DNA of 63,910 nucleotides, the filler included, from Octopus bimaculoides (Eukaryota), in NCBI RefSeq assembly GCF_001194135.2. It is 5 parts of 5 records of this genome, joined end to end, with 100 filler letters (N's around TTAATTAATTAA, not from the genome) between each part and the next. Parts side by side here need not be neighbours in the genome. Positions count along the whole stretch, not along the records: positions 49,093 to 62,364 come from NC_068992.1; positions 62,465 to 63,910 come from NW_026317470.1; 3 more parts are not named here. One strand, 5' to 3'. Below, piece after piece: positions 51,962-63,910 of the stretch. How positions within the stretch are numbered: position 1 is the stretch's first letter; each line of letters starts with the position of its first letter. Below the pieces are notes generated by a model that saw only the letters and a program-made list of their open reading frames with translations, searched no databases and was not told the origin of the DNA. Both the position numbers and the translations under genes were made by a program.

Positions 51962-52335
51962 ATAAGAACGAGATACTGCAGCAGCCTCGGTTTCAGAGGA
52001 CCCCAGCTCTTCAATGCCCTGCCAAAGCATTTGAGAGAGATGCAAGACATGGATGCGGAGGTCTTCAAGACAAAACGTGACGCTTTCCTCTCCACGATAC
52101 CAGACGAACCAATGGCTCGTAATGAGACGCAGTTTAGGGCAGCGATGTCAAATTATCTTATACACCAGATGTGCCATCAAAACTCTTGATTTGACCATAT
52201 AAGGTGGGGGAGAAGAGCCATGCAATGAACGTGAAGAGAGCACAGCATAAAGACGGAAAATCACGGTGGTGCACCAGCATGACCGCAGCCACTTGGCTGA
52301 AACCCATAAATACATAAATAAATAAATAAATAAAT
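51959..52335 (+). mobile_element. 3' end of a CR1/L2-group LINE (ORF2 C-terminus, 3' UTR, (TAAA)n tail)
   Basis: Open frame RTRYCSSLGFRGPQLFNALPKHLRE...FKTKRDAFLSTIPDEP...HQNS* (stop at 52187-52189) carries the GP.LFN.LP / F.....FL..IPD.P C-terminal signature; ends in taaa repeats. Confidence 0.8.
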
Positions 52336-52689
52336 ATATATGTATGTATGTATGTATGAATTCACATATATATATATGTGTGTGTGTGTGTGTGTAATTG
52401 TAAGTAAATTGGTTATTTTGAAGAACAGCACATGAGGGAAAATGTTTAACAAATACGGAAATGTTTTTGTCCATGGTATATAAATATGTAATAAATATGT
52501 AATATATATATAAATATATAATAGAAATGAAATAAATTTATTTAACAAATGCTAATATATACAAGAGAAGGAAAGTATTCCTTAGTAATCTTTCAATCAA
52601 AACGGAAACGAAAGTAAACAGATACAGGCACGCACGACTCACGGACACACGCACACACGCACACACACACGTGTGTGTGTGTTTGTGAG

Positions 52690-52747
<58 letters not shown>

Positions 52748-53039
52748 CCACTAGTTACAATACGCTTCGCATTATAGTTTCCAAATGATGTCATGCCATA
52801 TTCTATGCATACATACATACATACATACATACATATGATGGCGTCGAATAGAGACACGTTGGCATAGGAGACTATTCACTGTCTGGGATAATGAATATTA
52901 TCTCCTATAATTTTTGCCTTTAATGCAAGCCTGGGAAAAGCAATGTTTATTTTTTTCTTGAGTAAATAGAAAGAAACAGCCTTTCTTTAAAATATCATAG
53001 CAGTAATCAAACAGTGAAATACACACCCCGTGATGAAAT

Positions 53040-56000
53040 AAAGCATAGCTCTGGCAGTGAAGAACTCGGAGTCAACTATCGCAAATGGCGGAACCATTGA
53101 GAAAAATTCCACTGGAGTTTGGAACTGAACCAAGATCCTGTACCATATCTAAGGAAATGCGAGGAAAGATCTCCCCATTGGTTACATGAAGAGACATAAA
53201 GAACATTTGGATAAGAAATACCCAACATTCTCAAATTTTCCAGGAAAACAATTACGCCAGCAAGCTATATTTGTTGAAAAAGAAATATTTCACCCTATCA
53301 AGCAAACTCACTCAAACAAAATACACATATGATAATACTCGTTCTAGTAACGAAGAGAGTTTTGGCAAAGAGTTTGTGAACAAGAGACTTAGACGAGACG
53401 AATAAATCAATCTCAAACCATTTCCATTACAAGGACATTTGGCAACCAAATATGATCCTACAAAAACAAGTGAGGAATATTAATTTTAAAAATCACAGCA
53501 TGCATCGAAATTGAAGCATAACTTCACTACTTATATATATAAAGCACTGCGTGAGGGAAAATTCAGACACAAGTTGTCAAAAGCCCAACGATTTGATGTT
53601 ATACCTGATCGAAGAATTTACGAGAAAAGAAGTAACTCAAATTCAAACTCACACCTTTTGGACTATATATATCCTACTATATTGTGCTTCAGCAATTGTG
53701 GATCAACAGATGGGAATAAAAGAGACCGATTCAAAGGATACTAGTAAGCTAAAATGGTTTACTTTCTTTCAAAATCCTTCAAGAAACTCAGGCGTATGAT
53801 AGGATAGTTGGACACTATCACCAAATGCAAGGCTAAAAACAAACTTGTGAGTAACCAGCTATGGTTGCGTGATAGATTCCCCGAAGTGTATGGTAACTAC
53901 CGTCGAGAAATACTCACAATCTACGAGCGGTAAGTGGAAAACATCGCTATTGTAAAAAAATTACACTAACGGAAAATGACAAAACGGAAATTTGCCCGAG
54001 TCCATAAGCTATATATCGCAGTATGAAAGGCGATACCATCAATGTTGTAAATGCTCCTCCGCAAGAAGGCCTAGATTCATTCTGACAGGGAATATGGAAT
54101 GTAAACATAGAACACAACTTTGATGCAGCATGGTTGAATGAACTACGAAGTGAATACTGTGTAAATGCTTCTCCCAAAACATATAACATCACCAGTGATA
54201 TACTCATGATGGTTACTATGAATGTGACGAATGGATAACCACCTGGGAGAGATCTTATAGTAAACAACTCACGTTCCGCAAAGAAATTCTCACTAACCTG
54301 TTTAAAAACAATAGACACTGAGCTAGATATACCAGACTGGCTGACGGTTGCATGAACTGCTCTTATCTCCAAGAACAAAGAGACTCCCATGTGACCAAAA
54401 ACTATAAGCTCATAGCGTGGTTGAATGTTAGGTGCAAATTGTACACAGTTTGTCTTAATATATTTCTCCAAGACCATTGCCAAACAAATGGTGTGATAAC
54501 TTGTTAACAAGAAGGAAACAAGAAAGAAGTCTGAGGCTATGTTGAACAGCTCCTCCTCCACAAAGCTTTCCTTAAGGAATCCAAGTAACATCGCCGTGGT
54601 CTCTTAACAACATAGCTAGACTACAAGAAGGCGTTCGACTCCATGCCTCATTCGTGGATGATAGAATCACTGCGCCTTGCGAAAGTACCAGATGCAACTG
54701 TGAATGCCATTGAAAGACAGACCACAACATGGGTCATGAAGTTATCAATGACAACTACTATTGTTACATATGAAGTTATCAGCAGGGTGATAGTTTATCT
54801 GTAAAGCTTGCTTGTACTGACAGTGAAACCCTTGTCAACCCTTGTTCAGAAAATGCCAAGGCTACAGGCTGCGACATGTAGAAAGGAATAAAGTTTGTCA
54901 GATTGTTTTATTGGTGACCTGAAATTATGTTCCGGTAATATGATCCACATCATTTTGGACTAGACAGTCGACAAGATATGCAGCTTGAAGATCAAAACCG
55001 GAAAGATACTGATCACTACTGGTAGCGTATACATTCACAAACGACACCGATAGGATTTATGTGAGATGAAGTGATGGTGGTAGAGGCATAAGCTCAATCC
55101 AAACAGCCTTTGAACGTCGCAATGTATCACTCAGACAGCATCTTCTGAACAATAATAAAAGAAATGAGTATACCCCGCGCATAATTAAAAGCGTAAACAT
55201 CTTCGGAGCTGGAAAAGAATTGCTGTGCCGTTATTCGGAGAATACAAGTGTCTCATACGACTTAAAGGAGGTCGGACCGACATGGAGGAGAATTTGACAA
55301 TATAACAACAAAACGCAATGCATGGAAATATATGCCGTAAACTGGAGGCAATAATATTACATCCCACTTGAGATATGCCTTCGCCATCCAGAAACAGGTT
55401 AGAGCTACTAAATACCTGACAAACAAAAGGCATAAAGATACCACCAAACGACCAGGCTGTGATAAAAACGTTGGCTCTGCTATACCAGTGTGGAAAATGT
55501 CACTATCACCAGCAGCTGCCCTAAAATGTCTACGAGACACTGCCTATCACTGAGGAATGATATAGTTGCAAGGATTATATACAATGCTATCTGAAGGAAC
55601 GATTACCATGAAAGATAAATCAAAGGCATGTCAGAACCAGCAGGTATTCACTGCATTAAGAACAAGAAATATTGATGGAACACTCGAATAAAAACATCAA
55701 TTCGGTGCAAACATAACGGACCCGATATTGTTCAGAGGAACAGAGAACAAAAGAAATGCACTGCTGTAGTGATCAGCTGCTGAGCGAATGTCAACGTACA
55801 ATCAAAAGTCAAGAAAAACAAAAGACGTATAGTTAAATAATGCGGAACATGTAGCTGTTGCACCTTTACTACAAATTCCCACGTGTACCTAGAATCATAG
55901 GGGTATTAGGTTGTGTACTAACAAATTTGCTCACAATCTTAGAACTACAGTAATCCCTCGCCATTTTGCGGTTCACCTATCGCGGTTCACCTACCGCAGT

Positions 56001-56310
56001 TTATTATTTAAGGTTACCTTCGATTCCTCCGTGGTGTTGTTTTGAATTTATAATAAAATAAATATATACAAATTATTAAAAAGAAGATGATATTAAAAAA
56101 ATACACATTACATCACTGTTAATACTTCGCGGATTATCACGTATCGCGGGGTGTAGTGGTGTGGGAGTTTGGGACGTAAACCTGCGATAGTCGAGGTATT
56201 ACCGTACTCGGTTTCACAAAGAAACAGCTAAAAAACAACGGACGCAGATTCTCCAAATGCAATCTATTAGTTGCACAGTGAAGATTCGTTAGACATTCGG
56301 AAAACATGTA
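53040..56310 (+). mobile_element. Near full-length but heavily degenerate R4/Dong-like LINE
   Basis: Motifs appear in order across shifting frames: GYMKR.KE..DK.YP, F.QGIW....HN..A.WL, PDWLT...T.LI.KN, LDYKKAFDSMPHSWMIESL, HNGPDIV (RLE nuclease) and LQMQSIS.TVKI (C-terminus). The 5' boundary is approximate. Confidence 0.82.
55948..56204. mobile_element. MITE (same family as 2386-2601) nested in the LINE, with TA TSD
   Basis: Ends read TA-cagtaatccctcg ... cgaggtattaccg-TA; the TIRs match at 11 of 13 positions. Confidence 0.88.
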
Positions 56311-56596
56311 TGTGTATATATATATATATATATATNNNNNNNNNNNNNNNNNNNNNNNNNNNNNNNNNNNNNNNNNNNNNNNNNNNNNNNNNNNNNNNNN
56401 NNNNNNNNNNNNNNNNNNNNNNNNNNNNNNNNNNNNNNNNNNNNNNNNNNNNNNNNNNNNNNNNNNNNNNNNNNNNNNNNNNNNNNNNNNNNNNNNNNNN
56501 NNNNNNNNNNNNNNNNNNNNNNNNNNNNNNNNNNNNNNNNNNNNNNNNNNNNNNNNNNNNNNNNNNNNNNNNNNNNNNNNNNNNNNNNNNNNNNNN

Positions 56597-56637
<41 letters not shown>

Positions 56638-57235
56638 TATATATAGACATAGCTACATATATACATTTGTATACATATAAGGACATATACATACATATAT
56701 ATGCATATATATATACATGTATATACATACATACACATAGATACATATATATATATACATAGTTACATATACATATATATCCATACATATATATACATAC
56801 ATATATACACACATATACATATATATACATATATACACATACATATTTATATATAGGCGCACACACACACACACACAGCGACATATATATATATGTATTT
56901 CTCACATTCCTGTCGGTTGCCCAACGGAGATTCTTCTTGTTAACATAATGGGAAAACGTGTCTGTATAGGAAAGGGTTTAGAAGAAAGTGTATGACGCAT
57001 TCCTAATTAGATGCCAATGTCGGAGGGATTATCTCAGGATTTTCGTTTTTCACACGGAGACCATTAAAAAGTAGACAAAGAAGAAAAACAAAGTATTGAT
57101 TTAAAGATGTATTCTTTGTGTCGATATGCAAATCAGACAACAGGAGGCATTGCTAATATTGGTATGAAAGACAAACGTAAAAAAAAAAATAATTAAAGAC
57201 ATACTAAAAAAAAAAAATCATTAACTCTAACATTA

Positions 57236-58104
57236 GTGATGGCAACAGCGTCGTCACTGACGTCGTCATCATCATCATCAGCAGCAGCAACACTACCATC
57301 AACATCATTCTCGGTATCATCATCTAACTGTCAACAACACAATGTTCATTTGTTCATTATCCCTACCATCATCATCAACATCATCACCACTATCATCATC
57401 ATCATCATCACCACTATCATCATCATCATCATCACCACCACCATCATCGTCATCGTGATCACCATCATCATCGTCGTCACCATCACCATCATCAACGTCA
57501 TCATTATCATCGTCTTCATCGTCAGAAGCAGCAGCCTGTTCTCCACCGCCACCATCTCTACAACTACTTTCATTTTCGTGACCACCACAATTATGGTCCC
57601 CCCTCATCTTCATCTTGTTCTTTCTCGTCCTCTTCATTATCATCACCATTGACACCGCCACCACCGTTACCATCATGATTACTAATATAATCCTTTTAAT
57701 TATCCTCACCATCATTATTATTCTTTTCGTCGTTACCGTCATCATCACCTCCATCCCAACCTCCGACCTTGTAATCATCATCGCCACTAATTGTACTTCT
57801 ACCAATGCCAAAAGCACCACTATCATCATCACCGCTAACATAATCCTCGTCTTCACCACCACCACCACCACCATGATCTTCACCCTCACTAGCGTCATCA
57901 CTGTCTACCCCATCATCGTCATCGTCATCAAATGCGTAACATTTTAGATAATACTCCGACATTTGACTTCGTGTCATTCATCACCAATATAGTAATAATA
58001 CCAGTCATTATTGATGAGGACGCCGGAGAAGAAGAAGAAGAAGAAGAAGAAGAAGAAGAAGAAGAAGATGATGAAGAAGAAAAAGAAGAAAAAGGAGGAG
58101 GGGG
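57236..58104. repeat. Cryptic CAT/CAC/CGT trinucleotide low-complexity block ending in (GAA)n
   Basis: Shuffled triplets give poly-I/T/S/H or poly-D/M/V translations in several frames; no domain motif. Confidence 0.85.
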
Positions 58105-58706
58105 NNNNNNNNNNNNNNNNNNNNNNNNNNNNNNNNNNNNNNNNNNNNNNNNNNNNNNNNNNNNNNNNNNNNNNNNNNNNNNNNNNNNNNNNNNNNNNNN
58201 NNNNNNNNNNNNNNNNNNNNNNNNNNNNNNNNNNNNNNNNNNNNNNNNNNNNNNNNNNNNNNNNNNNNNNNNNNNNNNNNNNNNNNNNNNNNNNNNNNNN
58301 NNNNNNNNNNNNNNNNNNNNNNNNNNNNNNNNNNNNNNNNNNNNNNNNNNNNNNNNNNNNNNNNNNNNNNNNNNNNNNNNNNNNNNNNNNNNNNNNNNNN
58401 NNNNNNNNNNNNNNNNNNNNNNNNNNNNNNNNNNNNNNNNNNNNNNNNNNNNNNNNNNNNNNNNNNNNNNNNNNNNNNNNNNNNNNNNNNNNNNNNNNNN
58501 NNNNNNNNNNNNNNNNNNNNNNNNNNNNNNNNNNNNNNNNNNNNNNNNNNNNNNNNNNNNNNNNNNNNNNNNNNNNNNNNNNNNNNNNNNNNNNNNNNNN
58601 NNNNNNNNNNNNNNNNNNNNNNNNNNNNNNNNNNNNNNNNNNNNNNNNNNNNNNNNNNNNNNNNNNNNNNNNNNNNNNNNNNNNNNNNNNNNNNNNTTTG
58701 TCATAA

Positions 58707-58752
<46 letters not shown>

Positions 58753-58915
58753 GTTATTATTGTTATTATTATTATTATTATGTTGGTGTTGTTGTTGTTG
58801 TTGTTGTTTTCTTCTTTCTTCAAATTTTCTTCCATTTCTTGCCGAGTGTCTTCAATACACGTAGGCCAGAGAAGCTCATTGTATGCATTCCCAGTTTACA
58901 CACGCAAATTCACAG

Positions 58916-58977
<62 letters not shown>

Positions 58978-58985
58978 TTTATTAT

Positions 58986-59255
58986 TTAATTTGAACCAGG
59001 TTCGGTCTTATGGTAGGATTTATGTGAGTAGCGTGTCACTAACTGTAACCTTAGGTATCCCCAAGCTTTCAATTCTATTTCAAATGCTTGGAACCCTCCA
59101 GATAATCTTTCCTGTTCCCAAGAGGCAAACTATGTGCAGAAGCTCTACAGGACATTTTATTCCAATTTTCTTCAACCATATCATCATCTATATCTTTGCT
59201 CACAGTTCTCAATGCACTAATTATCATAGGCTCCCAGTGCACCAATCATTATTAT
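58986..59255 (-). mobile_element. 3' terminal fragment of an R4/Dong-like LINE with an (AAT)n tail
   Basis: Minus strand reads IGALG ... LKKIGIKCPVELL..VCLLGTGKII.RV, the RLE C-terminal signature, then a short UTR and the (AAT)n array at 58918-58985. Confidence 0.75.
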
Positions 59256-59820
59256 CATTATTATAATTATTGAGTGAGAGAGCAGCGCATGCCATCAAAG
59301 GGACACTGGGGTAAAATATACGAAGCCCAGTATACCCATCATGACTACCCGTTTGATAAGGATACACCAGGCACATGCATCACAACCATACGTGCATGAC
59401 ATAGTAATCTCATATCAAGATAAACAGCACGTGACCTTGCAAGTGGGGCCCAGTTAGAATTTTCTTCAGGTTGAATAGCCCATCCCACTCAAAAGGTCCC
59501 TGAATAAGATTTGTTTAATGACGAACAAAACACCGATGTTTCCAAATGTGAGTTATCCAAACCTCAAAGAATTTCTCTTAACACATGGCTATGATACTCC
59601 CGTATTACTGCTGCTCGTGATCGGGGATGCAGATATTGTCAGCCACCAAAGGACATTCTCAACTGGTTAAGGTCAACTGACAAGCAAATCTGTTGTACTG
59701 TGTAGAATATTTGCTGTAGCCCCTTTTCATACCAAGACAAAGCAAAGCGCATGATAACACTTCCAATCAGTTAAGATGAGAAGCCATGAGAGCCACTGCC
59801 TGGTACTGCATCAGGGTATA
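59256..59820 (-). mobile_element. Probable non-coding interspersed element ending in an (AAT)-type tail
   Basis: About 560 bp of GC-richer sequence with no ORF motif and an aataattataataatgataataat tail on the minus strand. It resembles a repeat I recall from octopus DNA, but there is only one copy in this window. Confidence 0.5.
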
Positions 59821-59830
59821 AAAGTGTGAG

Positions 59831-59937
59831 ACGCTTACAGACCCTAGGTTTCCCCAGTTGTCACCCATCTACGTACTCACTAGGCTCGACGTTGCTTAAC
59901 GTCGGTGATCGGACGAGAACCGAACCGGTGCAGTCAA
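59831..59937 (-). pseudogene. 5S rRNA-derived sequence, 5'-truncated
   Basis: Minus strand reads caccggtt[cggtt]ctcgtccgatcaccgacgttaagcaacgtcgagcctagtgagtacgtagatgggtgac...ctgtaagc. This follows the invertebrate 5S pattern, including box A and box C regions. It lacks roughly the first 18 nt and has a 5-nt duplication and several substitutions. Confidence 0.88.
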
Positions 59938-59941
59938 TATC

Positions 59942-60089
<148 letters not shown>

Positions 60090-60240
60090 ATGCGGCTAGC
60101 ACACAGAATCGTTAGCACGGCGGGGAAAATGTTTAGCGGTCAACTTTGCCTTTCGTTGTGTCGGGGTCGATAAGATAAATATTATTTGGCCATTGGGGTC
60201 GTCCGTAAATACAATCGCTATAATCATAACTCCACCAAGT
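60090..60240 (+). mobile_element. SINE family B, degenerate and internally deleted
   Basis: cagaatcgttagcacggcggggaaaatgtttagcgg then caactttgcctttc..ggggtcgataa; the B-box segment is missing. Confidence 0.65.
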
Positions 60241-60269
60241 ATATCTACAAGAATGTCAACATTACACTC

Positions 60270-61060
60270 AGCAAGAGCACAATTCCCATCACCGCATGCA
60301 CAGCCTCCTTCCTGATGAAGGACGCCAACACCGTCTTTCATCATTGACTATATCGTGCCATCGTCAGCAATGAAAATAAGACCAGCTTCGTTATCTTCTA
60401 CGCTGTCACAACCATTATCACCATTGGCAGGACCACTGAAAAACGTCACCATCCGTGGGTCGTTGTTTTCATCGACTTCATCAACATCATCATTATCAAT
60501 ATCCTCCTCCTCATCATCATCATAATTGGTATCATCATCATCACCCCTAGTAAGTCTATCATCATTCAAACAGACTACATCAACCCCACGACCAATATCA
60601 TCTCTAACGCCACGACCATCATCAACATTATCCACACCAGTATCATCTCCATCACTATCGTCATCATTATCATCATCAGCAACAGCATCATTACTATCAC
60701 CGTTATCACCATCATAATTACCATAACTACCACCAGCAATTTTGTTTCATCGGCTTCATCAACATATTGAACACCACAAGCACAGCCATGAGTGCCATCG
60801 CCACCAGCATCACCGTCGTCCTCACAATCGTCATCACGAACATCATCACGAACATCATCACCACCAATATCGTCATCGTCCTCCTCCTCCTCCTCTTCAT
60901 CATCATAATCTTCACCGCCACAAGCATCACCACCGACACCCCTGTTCGCCCGCACACCAACGTCCATTCCTCCAAAATAACGAGTACTCGAATATCGATC
61001 ACTAATCACCACAATGCTAAAATTTCACAATACAAAATAATCACCAACAGAGATACTTAT
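60270..61060. repeat. Second cryptic CAT/CAC/CGT low-complexity block
   Basis: Same composition and strand bias as 57236-58010. Confidence 0.8.
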
Positions 61061-61531
61061 TAGTTTGTATAATTAATAACGTAATCAACTATCATCGTCT
61101 TAATCATCCTCATCTTCATTAAATTCGTGCTCAACGTTAATTACCGACACACGCAAGAATCATTTACATTCTCTTTAAATTTTCTGTAGTTTATTGTTGA
61201 AATTATTGTTGCCGATTCTGTTGTATCTTATTATTTTATTCTTCAATCATAATCGTTATCTTTTACATTTTCTTTTTTTTTTATTGCTGGTTTCAATCAC
61301 TGGGCTGCGTCCTTGTAAGAGTAGCGACTGGGTGGGTTTTAATCGAAGAAATCTCACCAAGTACATATTCTTTAGATATTTTTAAAGCTACTTTGGGGGT
61401 ACAGCTACGCTACAGAGATGGATAAGAACCATCGGTTTTCCACAAGTGTTGGGACGGATAGATGCAAACACAAGGTTGCACACACACACACACACACGCA
61501 CACACACACTTGAATACATTAAAAAAATACA

Positions 61532-61820
61532 GGCACCCCCGTCGGTTACTACGAGGTATATTCCAGTTGATTCGACTAAACAGAACAGCCTGCTCGTAAA
61601 ATTAACGTCCAAGTTGGTTGAGCACTCCACAGACACACGTACACTTAAAGTAGTTCTCAGGGAAATTCAGCGTGTCACAGAATGGCAAGGCTGGTTCTTT
61701 GAATTGCAAGTCAAACTCATTATCTTGCTCAGGGGTAAAAAAAAAAACGTTCTCCCAGGAATCGAACTCAGGACCTTATGATGGTTAGCCAAATATCTTT
61801 AGCACAAAGCCATGCGCCTC
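61532..61820 (-). mobile_element. SINE family C (head type 3 plus shared tail), diverged
   Basis: Minus-strand head aggcgcatggctttgtgctaa ... gagttcgattcc, with a tail collinear with 36386-36560. Confidence 0.8.
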
Positions 61821-61896
61821 TACCACATACATATGCATACATACACACACACACAAACACACACACATACGCACACACACACACATGTGTATATAT

Positions 61897-62055
61897 ACTA
61901 GTAGGTGCTGAAAAGTTCCTGGTTTTGGGTAAAAGAAAATACAGGAGGATCAATTAATTATGATTTTATTCAACACATTTCCCTCTTAGATTCACACACT
62001 TATTGCAGCTGTCCTTCAGGTTTTTTCTGAGTCTGGGAAAAGAACTCAGAATGTT

Positions 62056-62056
<1 letters not shown>
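61897..62056. mobile_element. mariner-derived MITE, truncated by (CA)n
   Basis: ggtgctgaaaagttcctgg TIR and an internal sequence shared with 6545-6738 in the opposite orientation. Confidence 0.7.
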
Positions 62057-62094
<38 letters not shown>

Positions 62095-62677
62095 CGTCTA
62101 CACACTTACCCTATTACTCACGTACATCCATAAGTACATACGTGCACACTCACATACATACACATATACATATATACATACATGTGTATAGGCATGCACA
62201 CCTGCATACGCATGTACACAGATGCATACGCGCACACATGTACACGCACATACATACATACATACATACATACACATGTACATATATATCATGAACTAAC
62301 TATTACTTTCTCAGATGCAGCACAGAATTTTGTCAGTGAACAGGTCGCGGTCTCAAAGCGACGANNNNNNNNNNNNNNNNNNNNNNNNNNNNNNNNNNNN
62401 NNNNNNNNTTAATTAATTAANNNNNNNNNNNNNNNNNNNNNNNNNNNNNNNNNNNNNNNNNNNNGTTGTAAAGTTATCGATGTTGCAAACGGTATTGGTA
62501 GTGGTGGTGGTGGTGGTGGTGGTAGTAATGCTAACACTTGTGATGGCTATAGTAATTATTGGTAGTAGTTGCACACCATGTGCTATTAGCAGAGTTAGCT
62601 GTGGTGGTGGTGGTAGTTGTACTTATAATAAACGAATAAAAATGGCACCAAACATATTCAGTAGAAATTCAATATGT

Positions 62678-63085
62678 AGGCGCGGGAGTGGCTGTATGGT
62701 AAGTAGCTTGCTTACCAACCACATGGTTCCGGGTTTAGTCCCACTACGTGGCACCTTGGGCAAGTGTCTTCTACTATAGACTCGGGCCGACCAAAGCCTT
62801 GTGAGTGGATTTGGTAGACAGAAACTGAAAGAAGCCCGTCGTATATATGTATATATATGCATGTGTGTGTGCGTATATGTGTGTCTGTATTTGTCCCCCA
62901 ACATTGCTTGACAACCGATGGTAGTGTGTTTACGTCCCCGTAACTTAGCGGGTCGGCAAAAGAGACCGATAGAATAAGTACTAGGCTTACAAAGAATAAG
63001 TCCCGGGGGCGATTTGCTCGACTAAAGGCGGTGCTCCAGCATGGCCGCAGTCAAATGACTGAAACAAGTAAAAGAGTAAAAGAGT
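62678..63085 (+). mobile_element. SINE family A, well-preserved full-length copy
   Basis: A box gtggctgtatggtaag, B box gggtttagtccc, an internal TA/TG tract, a 3' stem-loop cagtc-aaat-gactg and an (agtaaaag)n tail. Confidence 0.93.
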
Positions 63086-63313
63086 ATACTATTATTTAAA
63101 TCAGTTTGGTTCGGCTCCATGCCCCTTAGAGTTTCGTAGATTTCTGTAAGAAGTCAACGAAAGTTGCATGAAGCCTATGTAGTTGCACGGGGCCGAAACA
63201 GACTGTTTTAAATTATAACCCCCAAATTTCTCACTTTGTGCCTATAGTAGAAAGAATTATTTTCATTATTGTTGTTGTTATTTTTTTTTATTTTTTTTTA
63301 ATTATCATTATTA

Positions 63314-63536
63314 AGGCGGTGAGATGGCAGAATCGTTAGCACGCTGGACAAGATGCTTAGCGGTATTTCGCCCGTCGCTACGTCCGGAGTTCAAATTCCG
63401 CCGAGGTCGACTTTGCCTTTCATCCTTTCGGGATCGATAAATCGAGTACCAGTGATACACTGGGTAGATGTAATCGTCTTGCCCAACTCCCCGCCCCCAC
63501 CACAAAATTTCAGGCCTTGTGCATTTAGCAGAAAGG

Positions 63537-63537
<1 letters not shown>
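63314..63537 (+). mobile_element. SINE family B, full length, followed by (TTA)n
   Basis: aaggcggtgagatggcagaatcgttag ... gagttcaaattccgccgaggtcgac ... gaaaggattattatt. Confidence 0.92.
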
Positions 63538-63582
<45 letters not shown>

Positions 63583-63659
63583 GTTGTGCTGCGGTGGTAG
63601 TGGTGGTGGTGGTGGTATTATTATTTCTGCTGTTGTTAGAGCACCGGGAAAAATACCGG

Positions 63660-63795
63660 GCGTGTTTCTTTACATTCTGGGTTCAAATCTTCCTGAGGTC
63701 AACTCTGTCTTTTATCCTTTCAGGGGACGATAGAATAAGATGTCAGTCAAACACTGACGGAGATCGAACTGACTAAAACGCCTCTTCCCAAAATT
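63660..63795 (+). mobile_element. SINE family B-related fragment
   Basis: tacattctgggttcaaatcttcctgaggtcaactctgtcttttatcctttcagggg matches the B-box and body region. Confidence 0.6.
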
Positions 63796-63874
63796 GCTAG
63801 AACTGTATCTAAATCAAACACCATAGTTATTATTAATGGTAATAGTATCATTTTCTTTTATATATATCTGTGTG

Positions 63875-63910
<36 letters not shown>

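Noticed and set aside
53947-54591. 214-aa hydrophobic minus-strand ORF resembling a membrane protein
   Set aside because: It is the antisense frame of the R4/Dong-like LINE, whose motifs are on the plus strand.
59831-59937. Functional 5S rRNA gene
   Set aside because: It lacks the 5' end, has an internal duplication and box C substitutions, and is solitary rather than in a tandem array.

Overview
This is AT-rich animal genomic DNA, dense in microsatellites and transposons, with many assembly gaps. The SINE families and repeat landscape look like octopus/coleoid cephalopod, which is an inference from recalled repeat families, not a search. The only host gene sequence I can support is one 245-nt coding exon on the minus strand (19293-19537). 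It encodes the S2 ligand-binding lobe of an AMPA-type ionotropic glutamate receptor and has clean AG/GTAAGT splice sites at the same positions and phases as vertebrate GRIA exon 13. The rest is most likely two very long introns. They hold three tRNA-derived SINE families, R4/Dong-like and CR1/L2-like LINE remnants, a Ty3/Gypsy pol remnant, Tc1/mariner relics and MITEs, a Helitron fragment, a 5S rRNA-derived copy and many simple repeats. Almost all ORFs in the supplied track are microsatellite or N-gap artefacts. I found no prokaryote-type system and no CRISPR array. Best leads: (1) the vertebrate R/G editing position is present but starts with C, so it cannot be A-to-I recoded; (2) a SINE and a LINE 3' end share a tail whose stem-loop shows a compensatory base-pair change; (3) a stack of (AAT)n-associated insertions includes a 5S-derived head; (4) several fold-back elements and inverted SINE pairs could form dsRNA in the receptor pre-mRNA and bracket the exon.
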